A stretch of 64,000 bases of DNA. Source: Flaccisagitta enflata (Eukaryota). Position numbers and translations under genes: made by a program. Position 1 is the stretch's first letter, and every line of letters begins with the position of its first letter. The notes below the pieces were generated by a model. That model worked only from the letters and a program-made list of their open reading frames with translations. It was not told the origin of the DNA and ran no database searches. Below are positions 26,692-40,506 of this stretch, one piece after another. The stretch spans positions 36,332,001 through 36,396,000 of the forward strand of contig OZ231126.1 in assembly GCA_965153355.1 (NCBI GenBank), in the 5' to 3' direction.

Positions 26692-27246
26692 GTTTTTAGA
26701 CGTTAGTCTTGCCACTCGGTGGTTTCGGGGTTACTTTTGTCTTTAAATATACTATTTTTTATTCTTTTTTGAATATTGGAGAGGCGGTGGCAATTACATG
26801 ATGACACGTTGACGTTGTAACGACAAACGAATTCGAAGATCCTGCATTTGACGGTATAAATCATATCGTTAATGAGCGTAAAACGCTGATGCGGAATTTA
26901 AAATAGATGTACGGCTTTTTAATTCTCCCCACCAGCCCCCTCCCCACCTCCGGGTAGCTGGTTTTCTATATTTTCTTCCCCGCCTTGTTGAATTTTTCTC
27001 CAATTTTTTCCACCAAAAGGCATAGCTATGGTAATTTTTTTTTGTCCAAATCGAGCCATCCAAAAGATGAAATAGGAAGAACAAATAGCGCGGGTTATGT
27101 ACAATTTATCGTCGCCTTTTATCGTCGAGGACAGATGGGCATTGGGCAGGGGTGTGTAAAACACACACACACACACACACAACCCACACACGACCCACAC
27201 ACACACACACAACCCACCCACACACTCACACAACCCACACACACAC

Positions 27247-27351
<105 letters not shown>

Positions 27352-28590
27352 TAAAGGCGAGTTTTAGAAGTTTTCAAGTCAAGCGCGACCGACGGACCAA
27401 CGGCCGGACAAAGCCTCTTATAGAGTCGGAAGTCCGCGATGAAAAAGTGGACGGAAACAGATTTTTCGAAAGAAGCTTTTCTGCGAGCTTTCCTCCTGGT
27501 CAGAAAGAAGAATGTAAATAAAACAAGGCCAAGAAGGCCAACGATGCGTCCTCTTTGAATGAATGTTTTTAGGTGCAACAAAGCACCTCTATAACTGGCT
27601 GTGTTCGTTGGTTGGTTGGTCTATCTGTGGGGTAACGCATTCGTTCGACGATCCACACATCGCACCTTATTAGCCTACTTGGCCTTGTTTTCATGAATGA
27701 ATGTTTTTTTTATGAATGAATGTTGTTTATGAATGAATGAATGATTTAATGAATGAATTATTCAATGTATGCTACATTTACTGAGTTTGTACAAATTTTC
27801 TGATGAAAAAATGCAAGATTTTTATACTTTTTACGAATGCGTTACCCGACAGACAGAAAAACCAACCGACTGACCGACGGACACAGCCTATTATAGAGAT
27901 GAGAGGACTCATCTAATAGTCGCAAAAGCGTTAGATGGTCAGCGGTACCCGTTGCCCCTATGTGAGTATATGTGGGGTGTGAATGTGAGAGGGGCAGCGG
28001 CCCCGAAGGGGCCGATGACCTATGCTTAGTAAGTTTTGAAGCTCTAGGATTGAATTTGAGCTTCAATAATGGGATTTGAGCCTCAAGGCTGTGATTTGAG
28101 CCATGAGGCTGTGATCTGAGCCATGAGTCTGTTATTTGAGCCTCGAGGCTGTGATTTGAGGCTTGAGGCTGGGATTTGAGGCTTTAGGCTGGGATTTGGG
28201 CCATGAGGCTGTGATTTGAGCTTCAAGGCTGGGATTTGAGGCTTGAGGCTAGGATTTTAGGATTTAGGCAGGGATTTGAGCCTTGAGGCTGGGATTTGAG
28301 CCTTGAGGCTTGAATATGGGCCTCTAGACTGGGATTTGAGCCTCAAGGTTGGGATTTGAGCCTCAAGGTTGGGATTTGAGCCTTAAGGTTAGGATTTGAG
28401 CCTCGAGACTAGGATTTGGGCCTTGAGGCTAGAATTTGGGCCTCGAGACTAGGATTTGGGCCTCAAGACTAGGATTTGGGCCCCAAGGCCAGGATATGAG
28501 CTTCAAAGGGGGTGGACGGAGGAGCAGAAGAAGAAGAAGGAAAAATTTCCCCTATGTGTGAAAGCATAGGTCATCGGCCCCTTCGGGGCC

Positions 28591-28682
<92 letters not shown>

Positions 28683-29543
28683 CTACTGTCGCCAAGTGAG
28701 GATAAAATGATGAGGATGAAAATAAGGAACATTTTCTCGTAATTGCCGAAGTGAAAAACAATTGAGTTTGCCAATTTCATTGGCAAATGGCAAACCGTGC
28801 TTAGAATGAGATAGAAAAATGAAACAGGGTCAGTTCATACCAATAAGGACGAGGCAGCATTTGCTGTGGGAAAAAATCGCAACGTAAATCGCGACGTAAT
28901 TGCGCAACGCAGGGTGTAATAAATAGCATGATATGATACTATCTAGGCGGAAAAAATGTTTCGTCCTGTAACAAAAATGTATTCATTGGCCTAAAAATGA
29001 ATACAAATCAATTACAAATCCATCAAAAATTATTGTTAGTTCCCTTTGACTGAGTCAGAGCAGCAATTTGTCTCGGAAGCGATTTGTAGAGCAGTTAGAG
29101 TTACTCAGGAGTGAATGCTTTCCAAATCTTTCTTGTGATTTCTTATTATCTATTCTTTCACTACATTTGAACACATAGCTTTGAAAAGAATCATCAAATC
29201 ATAGAAAAATTGGTGACATAAATGAAGCCCTTCGAATTTGCAAGCAGGCTACGCAAACCGCATCTGTCTAACTCAAGGCGTTTAGAAGTAATCAAAAAAA
29301 GAGTGAAATGATATCATCAGAAGATTGTGGGAAAATGGCAAAAGTGAAACTCAAGTATTTCAATCAAAGTTGAATAGTTTTTGAACGCATAGAGCTAGAG
29401 GGATGCGGTTTGCGTCAATATCTTTCAAATTTGAAGAGCTTTAATTATCTCACCAATTTTTTTATGTTTGGTTGATTCTAACCTGAGATAAGCATGTAAA
29501 CGTACCGAAAGATTTTTTCCGCCTAGATAGTATGTTCGATAGA

Positions 29544-29621
<78 letters not shown>

Positions 29622-29739
29622 GCATTCTTTAATTTTTTCAAACATTCGCAAGATGATAGGAAAACTAATTCCCTATGCTAAATTTTTCAAAAAATCGACA
29701 TTCGATGTTTTTGTTGATGATAAATATATGACTGCAACA

Positions 29740-30004
29740 AATGGGTGCTTCACATGGCAAAAATTTGGAGTTTTACTATACCTTGCTTAGGTAATGTGAA
29801 AGAGCACAAATCCAAAAGATAACCATTTGCTTTTTTTTCAAAATTCCTTTATCTTACATTTTTGTTTTGGCCTTTAAGTTCCTACCAAAAAAATCTTGAA
29901 ATCAGCAAAATCCTGCATAGTTAGTAGCGTCTTAAAATTAACTACTCCACATAAGGTCAATAGGGTGAAAAGAAATAACCAACTTTTGCTATGTGAAGCA
30001 CCAA
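29740..30004. mobile_element. Same 9-bp-TSD family, internally deleted copy
   Basis: TSD ACTGCAACA at 29731-29739 and 30005-30013. Confidence 0.75.
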
Positions 30005-31903
30005 ACTGCAACAGCAAAAGTAAAGTACTTCGGTCCACGTTATCCGACGTGAAAGGAGACGTTGGCTTTCTTTGAAGAATGAAGTAAATCTCAATATTAG
30101 TCGCCTCTTGAACAAATACTATTCCAAAATGAGAGTGATGATGACCTAGATTTAGCCGCAGGTGAGAGAGAACAAATCCTAAGGCTAAGAAAAAGAAGCT
30201 CTAGTTTCGCTTTGCCAAGATGCGTTGAATATCTCACATAATCGGGACAAATTTTGCACCTTTTCTAACTGAATAAATTTGAAAAATAACGGAAAGTGGA
30301 TGGTGAATTTCTTTACTCCCGGTAGGAAGGATTTGGTCCAATCTTCTAGATAGCCTATTACAACACTTTGTGCTTCCTTTTGCTCAAAATTCCAAATCGT
30401 TAAAAATAGTATTAAAAATGATGAATCAATCTGATTTTTTCAATCAGAATACTATCTAGGACCAAAAAAATAGAAACCCAAAATTTGGGCGACCCAGCAT
30501 ATCGGGAACCACCCAAACCACCCAAACCACCCAAAATGAGGAGGAGGGGGAAAAAGAGCAAAAAACTGACTTTCTCCAAACCTGCTGAAATTTTCAGGGT
30601 AGTTAAAGGACACCTAGGGCTGTCTAAAACTAATTTTGTTTTGGCCAGAAAGTGATTTTTTGCGGAGTTATACTTAATCAAAGGTACGTAAATAACAAAG
30701 AAATAACTACTTGAAACCCCTCTAGGAGGTCAATATTTTGTATTTTTAGGGGTCAGGTACCCCCCTTGTCCCCCTTTTTCTTTTTATGCATTCATTAATT
30801 AGGTAGTTAGGAAGCTCCACAAAAAAAATTGGGACGGATACTCGACGATACTTTTTTTTACGGCCATTTTTAACGAAATATAGAGCTTCATTTCATATCG
30901 CCAATGAAGTAAAATTTCATCTAAGTTGCTTAAATAACTAGATTTGCTTTCATTATAATAACATGAAACCCCTTGATGAATAGCAACACTACATAAATGT
31001 TGTATTAGATATCTTGTTGTGGTGGGGGTAGAGGAGGAGGAGGAGGAGGAGGAGGAGGAGGAGGAGGAGGATGACGATGTATAAGATGTTGATTGTTCAA
31101 GTAAATCAGGAAAAAAGAGAGCAAAACAAATGTTGGGTTCATAAATAAGAGAAAAAGAGGAAGAAGGAGAAGAAAAGGAAGAAGAAAAAGAAGAAGAATA
31201 AAAACAAGAAGAAGAAGAGGAAGAAGAAGAAAAAGAAGAAGAAGAAGAAGAAGAAGCAGCAACGTGCAGTTTGTAAAGCAGAGTAGCATAAATTGGCACA
31301 TTGTCTTAAAAAAATGCTGTTTTCACTAGAATTAGAAGAGGGAATAAGAGGATGAGGGAAGGAATAGAGGAAGAATGAGAAGAAGAGGGGGAAGAGGAAG
31401 AAGGAGGAAGAAGAAGAGGGAGGAAGAAGAAGAAGTGTACAAGAACAAAGAAGGGAAAAAAGAGGTAGAAAATGAAAAAAAAATATAAAACATAGGGTAT
31501 CAAAAAGAGGGAATAGTAAGAAAAGAAGAAGAAGAAGAGGAAGGAGAGCAAGAAGAGAGAAATAAGAAGGAGAAGAAGAAGAGGGAAGAAAGAGAAGAAG
31601 AAGGAACAAGAAAAAGAGGGAAGAAGAAGGAAAAGAAGAAGAAGGAAGAAGAAGGATAAGAAGAAGAAGAAGAAGAAGAAAAAGAAGAGGGAAGAAGAAG
31701 AAGAGGGAAGAAGAAGAAGAAGGAGAAGAAGAGGGAAGAAGAAGAATTAAATGTTTATTTTTAAAATGCCTGTGCACAATATTTTTAATAAGCAGCGATG
31801 TATGGCAAGGGACTTCAGGGACATCACATGACGTCCCTGCTGTCGGGCTTGAAAGTTTGTCGGGCTTGAAAATGTGTTGTGAACAAATTTTGAAGAAAAG
31901 GGG

Positions 31904-32050
<147 letters not shown>

Positions 32051-32626
32051 GACAGACAGACAGACAGACAGACTGACAGATAAACACAACAGAAAAACTT
32101 CATTGAATCAAATACTATGGGGGAAATAATAAACTAGTTTGCAAAACGAAATGAGGCATGGGCTTGATTGATATGTGATAATGATTATTATGCTTTGCCC
32201 TCACCTACCTGACAGTTTTTCTAGATACTTTTTTTGCACAATACATTAAAAAGTATGAATCAATGGAAAACAGATCTATTTGAAAAAGAAATAACCATCT
32301 AGATGAGAATCACTTGTTTATTTGTTATGTTTTGTCTAGTATTGGCTTAGAAAGCATAGAAATCATAGCAAACCAGTGAAAACGCTGTTGTGCTTAGATT
32401 TGCTGTCGTGCTTGGAATTGGCTTTGAAGTCCCTAGGCTCCAAGCTGCCATACATCGCTGTTAATAAGCATAAACTTAAATGCTCTAAAAATCTAAATTT
32501 GATGTTTTTTAGTTGCCGCGCCATGAAATGGCCCCAGAAACAGTTCCCTGGGGCCCCCAGACCTCCTTGAATATATTTTACTAATTAAGGTTTACTTTGA
32601 TGGTGCTTAGTCACAATTCTTTACTA

Positions 32627-33110
32627 AAGAAATAAGCTTGAATGCTCTAAAAATCAAGATTTTCAATGATTTTAATTGCCGGGCCATGAAATTGCCCCAT
32701 AATAGCCCCCTGGGGACCCTCTGGGGACCCCCCAAATGTATTTTTGTTTCTAGTTGTATGTTTGTCTGGTCCCTGTCCACCATTCTGACCAAAGAAATAA
32801 GCTTGAATGCTCTAAAAATCAAGATTTTCGATGATTTTAGTTGCCGGGCCATGATATCCCCCCATAATAGCCCCCTGGGGACCCCCTGGGGACCCCCTGA
32901 CCCCCCAAATGTATTTTTTTTCTAGTTGTATGTTTGTCTGGTCCCTGTCCACCATTCTGACCAAAGAAATAAGCTTGAATGCTCTAAAACTCATAATATT
33001 AGTCGCCGGGCCGTGAAATCACCCCAAAATAGTCCCCTGGGGACCCCCTGACCCCCCAAATGTATTCTTTTTTTCTAGTTTCATGTTTGTCTGGTCCCTG
33101 TCCACCATTC
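32627..33110. repeat. ~165-172-bp tandem repeat, ~2.5-3 units
   Basis: AAGAAATAAGCTTGAATGCTCTAAAA recurs at ~32627, 32792 and 32964. Confidence 0.8.
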
Positions 33111-33287
33111 TGAGCAATAATAACCAACTTTTGGGATAGTTGGAATTGTAAGCCACCTTTACATTGGAGCGGCACAGAGTGTACAAGGGAGCACAATCAT
33201 ATTATTTTTTGGAGTTGCAATTAGTGCATAGTTGACAAATTTCAAATAGACATATTTAGTCGAGAGCTACGCGACTCTACACCCCGT

Positions 33288-33802
33288 TTGGGTGCTTCAC
33301 ATAGCAAAAGTTGCTTATTTCTTTTCATCCTCTTTACCTATTGTGGAGTGGGCAATTTTAGGACCCTTACCATTTTTCTTTTGTCAAAAATTGTCCATCT
33401 TCCGTTTTTTAGAAAATTGTTTTTGAGAGCCTAATTTGTATATTGCAGTGGGATAAAAAAGTATGCTGATCTTCTCTGAATTAGCTTTTATAAACTTCTG
33501 CTCTTTAAAGAATTGTTAACCTGCTTTTTCACAAGCTCTTGCGTAACTTATGCTCTGATATTTTGATTTATTTTCACAAAAATCATGGTTTTCAAAAACT
33601 AACAATTGTTCCTTTTGTAACAAGACTACACAGGATTTTGCTGAATTCTGGGAAATCTGAGTAAACTTTAAGGCCAAAACAAAAACGGAAGATGAAGGAA
33701 TTTTGAGAAAAGGAAAACGGTCATCTTCATGATTTTTTTCACTCCATGTTGGGTTAGCGGGACGAGAAGAAAATCAAATTTTTTGCTATGCGAAGCACGC
33801 AA
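33288..33802. mobile_element. Same 9-bp-TSD transposon family, inserted in a HINE
   Basis: TSD ACACCCCGT at 33279-33287 and 33803-33811. Confidence 0.8.
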
Positions 33803-35345
33803 ACACCCCGTTGTGTAAATTTGTTGAGCCAATAGTTGGTCGGTCAGTCCCTTTCACTTTTTTTTTTTTATGATTTTTGGGTCCAAATTCTCTGATGACT
33901 TCCCGCTCGCGTATGGGGTAGCCGTGTGTCCGGCCTTTTTTTTTAATTTCTTGCCCAAAATAATTTGCATCACAACTCAATGTCAACTCATGATCATGTG
34001 TGGAAGAGAGTACCGTTGGGAGGAAAAGGGTCTTTACCCTATGTTTTTTTGGTTGCGGACACGCAACTCTATAAAAGACTTTGTCGTCCGTCCGTCCGTC
34101 CGTCCGTTGGTCGGTCGGTCGGTCGGTCCGTTGGTGAGCACGAGTCAAAAAGCGGGAAAACGCACATATCTACCCCTGCCCTCCCGTCCGCAACTGGTGG
34201 CCGTGTATCCGGGCTTGTTTATCAAAAAGCTGATCGTTTAGATTTTTAAGAAAAATTCAATAGGAAAGCAAAAAACGATTTTTGATGAAAAAAAAAAAAA
34301 AAAAAACCATTGTAACCATGGCAAAGAAAAAAAAGACAGTAATTTCAATATACTCCTACGCGCTTATTTTTTTCATCTGCTTAAAATCCTCTTAGGGAGT
34401 AATAATTAATCAAATTACCTACTCAGCAAAAAAATCAGAACTCAAAAAAGTTAATTTTTGAGCCCGTAGCATCATTTTTTGTGAAAAAACATCAGAAATT
34501 AAAGAAGGGAAAAAACTCCATATTTACAACTTTTAGAAAATTCATTTTGACAACTTTTACAAAAATTTATGCTACAGGTACAAAAATGAACTTTTAAGAG
34601 TTCTGATTTTTTTGCTGAGTCACAAAATCAACATACTATGAACGCCTGAGAAGATTTTTGAGGCTGCTTAAAAAAAAAAGCTTGCAGTTACAATTGTATG
34701 TCAAGTGAAAATCATACGCCATTGACGAATCATCATTTGACAAATCATTCAAAAATTGTCGCTACAGCCACAAAAATCCACTTTTTTGAGTTCTGATTTT
34801 TTTGCTGAGTCACAAATTTGTCATACTACTACCACCTAAAAGCAAAAGGATTTGAAGTTTTTTCCAAAAAATGGGCTTGTAGTGCCACTTTGAAAATTAC
34901 TGTCTTTTTTATTTTTGCCATAGTAAAACATCACCTTTTTTTAAAAAATTTTCAATAATCAGATATATTATTAAGCATATTGAGCATATAAAACTATTTT
35001 TATAAAAAAATCGAAAAACGGAAACGGTGGTACACGAATCCCGGTATGCGGAGTACGTCGATTCAGGCATATAAATCCTCGCCTGCCGTAGAAATGACAA
35101 ACTGAATTGAAAATTCAAATCTTGCGGAGTGATGAGGAACTTCAGGGGAGAAAATGACGAAAATAAGGGTGACACAATGATACAGACTGCGGGAAATAGA
35201 GCTCGAGCGAGAGACGAATTAAATCAAATCCGAAAAAAGATAGAGTCTGAATTGATGATGAGACACGGAGGAGTGAGACCAAGAGCAAAGGGCAATGGAA
35301 TTTCAAACGACAAAAAAAAAGAGTGAGAGTCGGAAGGCAACAGCG

Positions 35346-35536
35346 CTGGGCCGGAACAACCTATAGGCACAATAGGCAGTGCCTAGGGCCCCGCGCCTAA
35401 GGGGGGCCCCGCGCTTCAGGGGGAAAGGAGAAAAAGAGGGAGAAAGAAAGAAGGGGAAAAAAAAGAGAAGGGGAAAAAAAAGAGAAGGGAAAGAGAAAGA
35501 AAAAGGGGAAGAAAAGAGGGAAGAAAAAGGGGAAGA

Positions 35537-35568
<32 letters not shown>

Positions 35569-36248
35569 AAAAGAAGAAAGGAAAAAAACAAAGGAAAAGG
35601 AAAAGGAAACAGATGAGAGGAATGGATTTTTTTTTCTCCAGAGAAATCTGCACTCATTGCTACTTTGTTTTCTCTCAAAACAAGGCCAACACCTATAAGT
35701 TGCGTGCGAGACATAAACAACTGAATTGACCTGACTCTTTATTGTATCTTTTTAAACACCATGACTGAATAGGGAGAAAAATACGAAATGAGTAAAATGA
35801 CCAGCAGAGTTAAACAAGCTGACTTAAATAAGCTGACTTAAACCAGCAGACTTAAACCAGCAGACTTAAACCAGCAGACTTAAACCCGCAGGCATAAACC
35901 AGCAGACTTAAACCAGCAGACTTTAACCAGCAGACTCAAACCAGCAGACTTAAACCAGCAGACCAAAAAACAAAACAAAAAAAACCCAAAAAAACAATAA
36001 AACAAAAACCAAAAAACCAAAAAACCAAAAAATCAAAAAACCAAAAAACAAAAAAAACAAAAAACCAAAAAACCAAAAACTCAAAAAACAAAAAAAAACA
36101 AAAAACAAAAAAAAACAAAAAAACAAAAAAACAAAAACAAAAAAACAAAAAACACAAATGACCAAAACATAGAAAAAAACCATGTTAAATGATCAAAAAC
36201 CAAAAAAACAAAAAACCAAAAAAACAAAAAAACAAAAAACAAAAAAAC

Positions 36249-36279
<31 letters not shown>

Positions 36280-37487
36280 ACGACCAAAACATACCAAAAA
36301 ACCATGTTAAATGAACAAAAATGACCCAAAATGTCCCAAAGTGACCGAAAATGACTTAAAACCATTTTAAATGCCCAAAAACGACACAAATGACTTAAAT
36401 GAACAAAGTGACATAAATGATCAAAAGTCACCAAAAATAACAAAAAGCAACCAAAGATGATCAAAAACAAAAAAAAAGACTCAAAATAACCCCAGACGCC
36501 CAAAAATGACCAAAAAGAACGCAAAAAAGCAAAGTGTTATCAACTGATAGACGGACAAACAGACCGATAGAGTGACGTAAATGATCAAAAATGACCAAAA
36601 GCAACCAAAAACGACCAAAAAAACAACTCAAAAATGACTTAAAAAAACTTCAGATGACCCGAAATGACCAAAAACGACGCAAAAAAGCTAAGTGTAACCG
36701 ACCAACTGACGGACCAACGGACCGACCGACCGACTGACTGACCAACCGACTGACTGACGGAGCCGGTTGTAGAGTTTAATGTTTTTGCATTGGGTGTTAG
36801 AATTCTTGATCAAACAGCTATGGCTTTATCTTAATTACAACTAGTCATCCAAGGATCACACATGGTCAGCGGTACCCGATGCCCTGCTTGAAGTGATCAA
36901 GTGAAGCAGTGGAGTGAGAGCAGGGCAGCGGCCCCAAAGGGCCGATGTCCTGTAGGACACAGGGGGGAATTTCCAGACGTCCATCCGTCCTTCCGTCCTG
37001 AAGATTAGAATTGAGGTCTGGGGTCAGGCCTGAGACCTGAGGGGCCGATTTGAGGCCTGAGGGGCACATTTGAGGCCTGAAACTCTGATTTGAGGTCTGG
37101 AAAGCAGAATTGAGGCCTGGAGAGCTGATTTGAGGCTTTGAGAGCTGATTTTAGGCCTGGAGAGCTGATTTAAGGCCCTGAGAGCTGATTTAAGGCCTGG
37201 AGAGCTGATTTGAGGGCTCAGAGGGCCTGAATCAGGTCTGTGAGGATATGAAGCCTCGATGGCCAACAGGGGGGGGGACGGAAGGACGGACGGAAGGACG
37301 GACGGACGTCTGGAAATTCCCCCCTGTGTCCTACAGGACATCGGCCCTTTGGGGCCGCTGCCCAAAAAGCAATACAAATATTTTGCCTCAATCACATGTT
37401 TGCTTCAACCTTGCAACATGTAGCATCTAGTGGGGGGCCCCGCTACCTTAAGTGCCTAGGGCCCCGCACACGGTTGTTCCGGCCCAG
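35346..37487. mobile_element. hAT-type non-autonomous element (8-bp TSD) carrying nested repeats
   Basis: 16-bp TIR CTGGGCCGGAACAACC/GGTTGTTCCGGCCCAG; TSD CAACAGCG at 35338-35345 and 37488-37495. Contains a HINE-like element, a 14-bp minisatellite and a minisatellite element. Confidence 0.8.
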
Positions 37488-37501
37488 CAACAGCGAAGAA
37501 T

Positions 37502-37600
<99 letters not shown>

Positions 37601-37736
37601 GAAAAGGGGGAGAAAAAAAAAAAGAGTCTATTCCGAAACCTCCTTGAGCAAACTCATCTTTAGCCAAAGCCGTTCTTGGTCCTGGAGGGTTCCGAATGAA
37701 AATGGTTCCACAGCGCAAATGGCTGAGTGAGTGACT

Positions 37737-37855
<119 letters not shown>

Positions 37856-37930
37856 CGGTTACTTCGCAACAATCTTTCCTGCGCCGGGGGATGCGGACGC
37901 CTGCTTTAATTCTATACTACATTGTACACT

Positions 37931-38532
37931 CACTGCTATCTCACAAAAGGTTTGAGACAAGAATAATACAACTAAGCGGTTTTCTGCATTTTTACATAGG
38001 TAATGGGCATATTAACCAAGAACCATCAAGTAGAAAATCTTTCCTAAAGCGCTTTTTGAAATGAAAAATTCAATATTTTTAGCTTTATTTTTCATAGACA
38101 ATTTTTCAGGTTGGTTTGACCTATCTTTTGACAGTATATTATTAACCCTGATAATATTCTGATTCGTTTGATAGGTCGCACTATATGGTTTTAAAAAGAA
38201 AAAAATTTTTCGTTTTTTAGGCCACCGTTCTAATTTTGTAACGGTGGCTTTAAAAATGAAATTTTTATTTCTTTTGAAAACCGTCAAATGAATCAGAATT
38301 TTATCAGGATTAACATTATGCTGTCAAAAAATAGGTCAAACCAACCTGAAAAATTATCTAGACAAAAAAACCCTAAAAATCTTGAATTATTCATTTTTTT
38401 CAAAAAGCGCCTCAGGAAAGATTTTCTACTTGTTGGTTCTTGGTTTGTATGCTCATGACCTATGCAAAAATGAAAAAAAAAACGCATAGTTATATCGTTC
38501 TTGTCTCAAACCTTGTGTGAGACACAGCAGTG
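37931..38532. mobile_element. CAC...GTG MITE with 4-bp TSD CACT (Chapaev-like)
   Basis: TIR CACTGCT(A/G)..TCTCACA.AAGGTTTGAGACAAGAA; shares the internal motif ATAGTGCGACCTATCAAA with the 24695-25304 element. Confidence 0.7.
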
Positions 38533-39272
38533 CACTGTACGCTATTTATATTCATAAGAAATAGCTTTCAATAACATGATGCTTTATATAGTGACATTAC
38601 TGACATACCCCTAGAATCATGTATCTTGTATTAGTTTTACTAGTGGTTATCTCTGTCTCAATTTTTGAGGATTAATTTGGAAAAAAGTCGAGATTCGAAG
38701 ATTCAAAGACTTTTTGATTTCCGCGAAGAAAAGTTGTTTTCCCTTTTTTTCTTGAAGCGTTTGGGGAAGTTGGTAAGCTTTTGGGCCCGAATGGTACTAC
38801 GCATGAAATTGATAGCTAAGAAAGAGCCAATTCTCCTCTTTCAGATGACGCCAAGCAGAATTCTGTGCGATCAATAGTTTTGGAGCTATGATTTTTTGAA
38901 TCTTTTTTTATTTTTCCGCATTTTCCCGAAAAACGAGGAATTGAGATAGTCTACTTGAACTTTGAAATGTACAAGATGGTAATTGTGCATCCTGGCAGCA
39001 CAGTCTCTCTCTCATCTCAACTACGGACTCAATGAGAGGGTTTGTCTGTCAGTCCATCCATCGGTCTGTTGGTCCGTCTGTCCATCCAAGTTGAAAAGTG
39101 GAAAAACAAGCAGTCTAGATGTGTGTGGGGGTTGGGGTGTGGATGGGGGTTGGATGCCCCTGTCAACAACGATATTGTAACCCCGTGTTACATATTCTTC
39201 TCTGTTTCTCTCTCTGTCTCTCTCTTCCCCTCTGTCTCTCTCTCCCCCTCTGTCTGTCTGTCTGTTTGTCTT

Positions 39273-39374
<102 letters not shown>

Positions 39375-39562
39375 TCTCTCTTCTCAGCATTTACGACTTT
39401 TTTCCTACGGCGATTAGCCGCCTTTATTGGGAATAAAAGACGTTAATTTAAAAAAAAAGGCAAACACCTATCAGTCGCGTGCGAGACATTCATTTAGAAC
39501 AACTTGCGGGGTGTAGAGTCGCGTGAACGCAACTAAATATAACGTATCACACTCTGAAAGGA

Positions 39563-39635
<73 letters not shown>

Positions 39636-39998
39636 TAAAGAGAGAGAGACTAAAAGAGTGATGGATTGCGACAGACTGGATGTGACCCACAGAGTCAGAG
39701 AGAGACAGGCAGTGACTCTGAAAAAAGAACGGATATGATAATATTAACTGTTAATGTGTCAAGATGGACGTCCACGTAACATAAATAATTGTATGTTGCT
39801 GTAATTATTGATTGAAATAAAAAGTGTTGCCTTGTTAACATGTCTCCTTTGATTCTTGGTGTATTGATGTCATGTAAGCCCGGTTGAGTTACAAAGGTAT
39901 ATGATAAAGCAGCAGGTATTTATATTTCGTTATATATCTTATTGCTGCTAAGGTTTTCTACGTGACTACGTTTCGTTCAGTAAGTTTACGTGTCCTGG

Positions 39999-40506
39999 TT
40001 GGGTGATTCACATAGCAAAAGTTTGGAGTATCCCTTACCCTACTTGGGTAATGTGGAGAAGCAAAAATCACAAAGATGACCATTTTCCTTTTTTTAAAAT
40101 TCTTTTATCTTCCGTTTTTGTTTTGGCTCTAAAGTTTCCACAGATTTCCCAGAATTCAGCAAAATCCTATGTAGTTTTATTACAAAATTATTTGTTTTAG
40201 AAAATCATGATCTTTGTAAAAATAAATTAAAATATCAGAACATAAGCTATGGAAGATCTATTGAAAAGGCAGATTAACAATTCAATCAAGAGTAGAAATT
40301 TATAAAAGCTAAATTCAAAGAATATCAGCATATTGTTTTATGCCACTGCATTATGCAAATTAGGTCCTCAAAAGCAATTTTCTAAAAAACCAAAGATGAA
40401 CGATTTTTAATAAAAGAAAAATGGTAAGGGTCCTTAAATTAACCACTCCGCATTAGGTAAAGAGGGTGAAAAGAAGTAAGCAACTTTTGCTATGTGAAGC
40501 ACCCAA
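39999..40506. mobile_element. Same 9-bp-TSD transposon family
   Basis: Matching TIRs; TSD GTGTCCTGG at 39990-39998 and 40507-40515. Confidence 0.85.
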
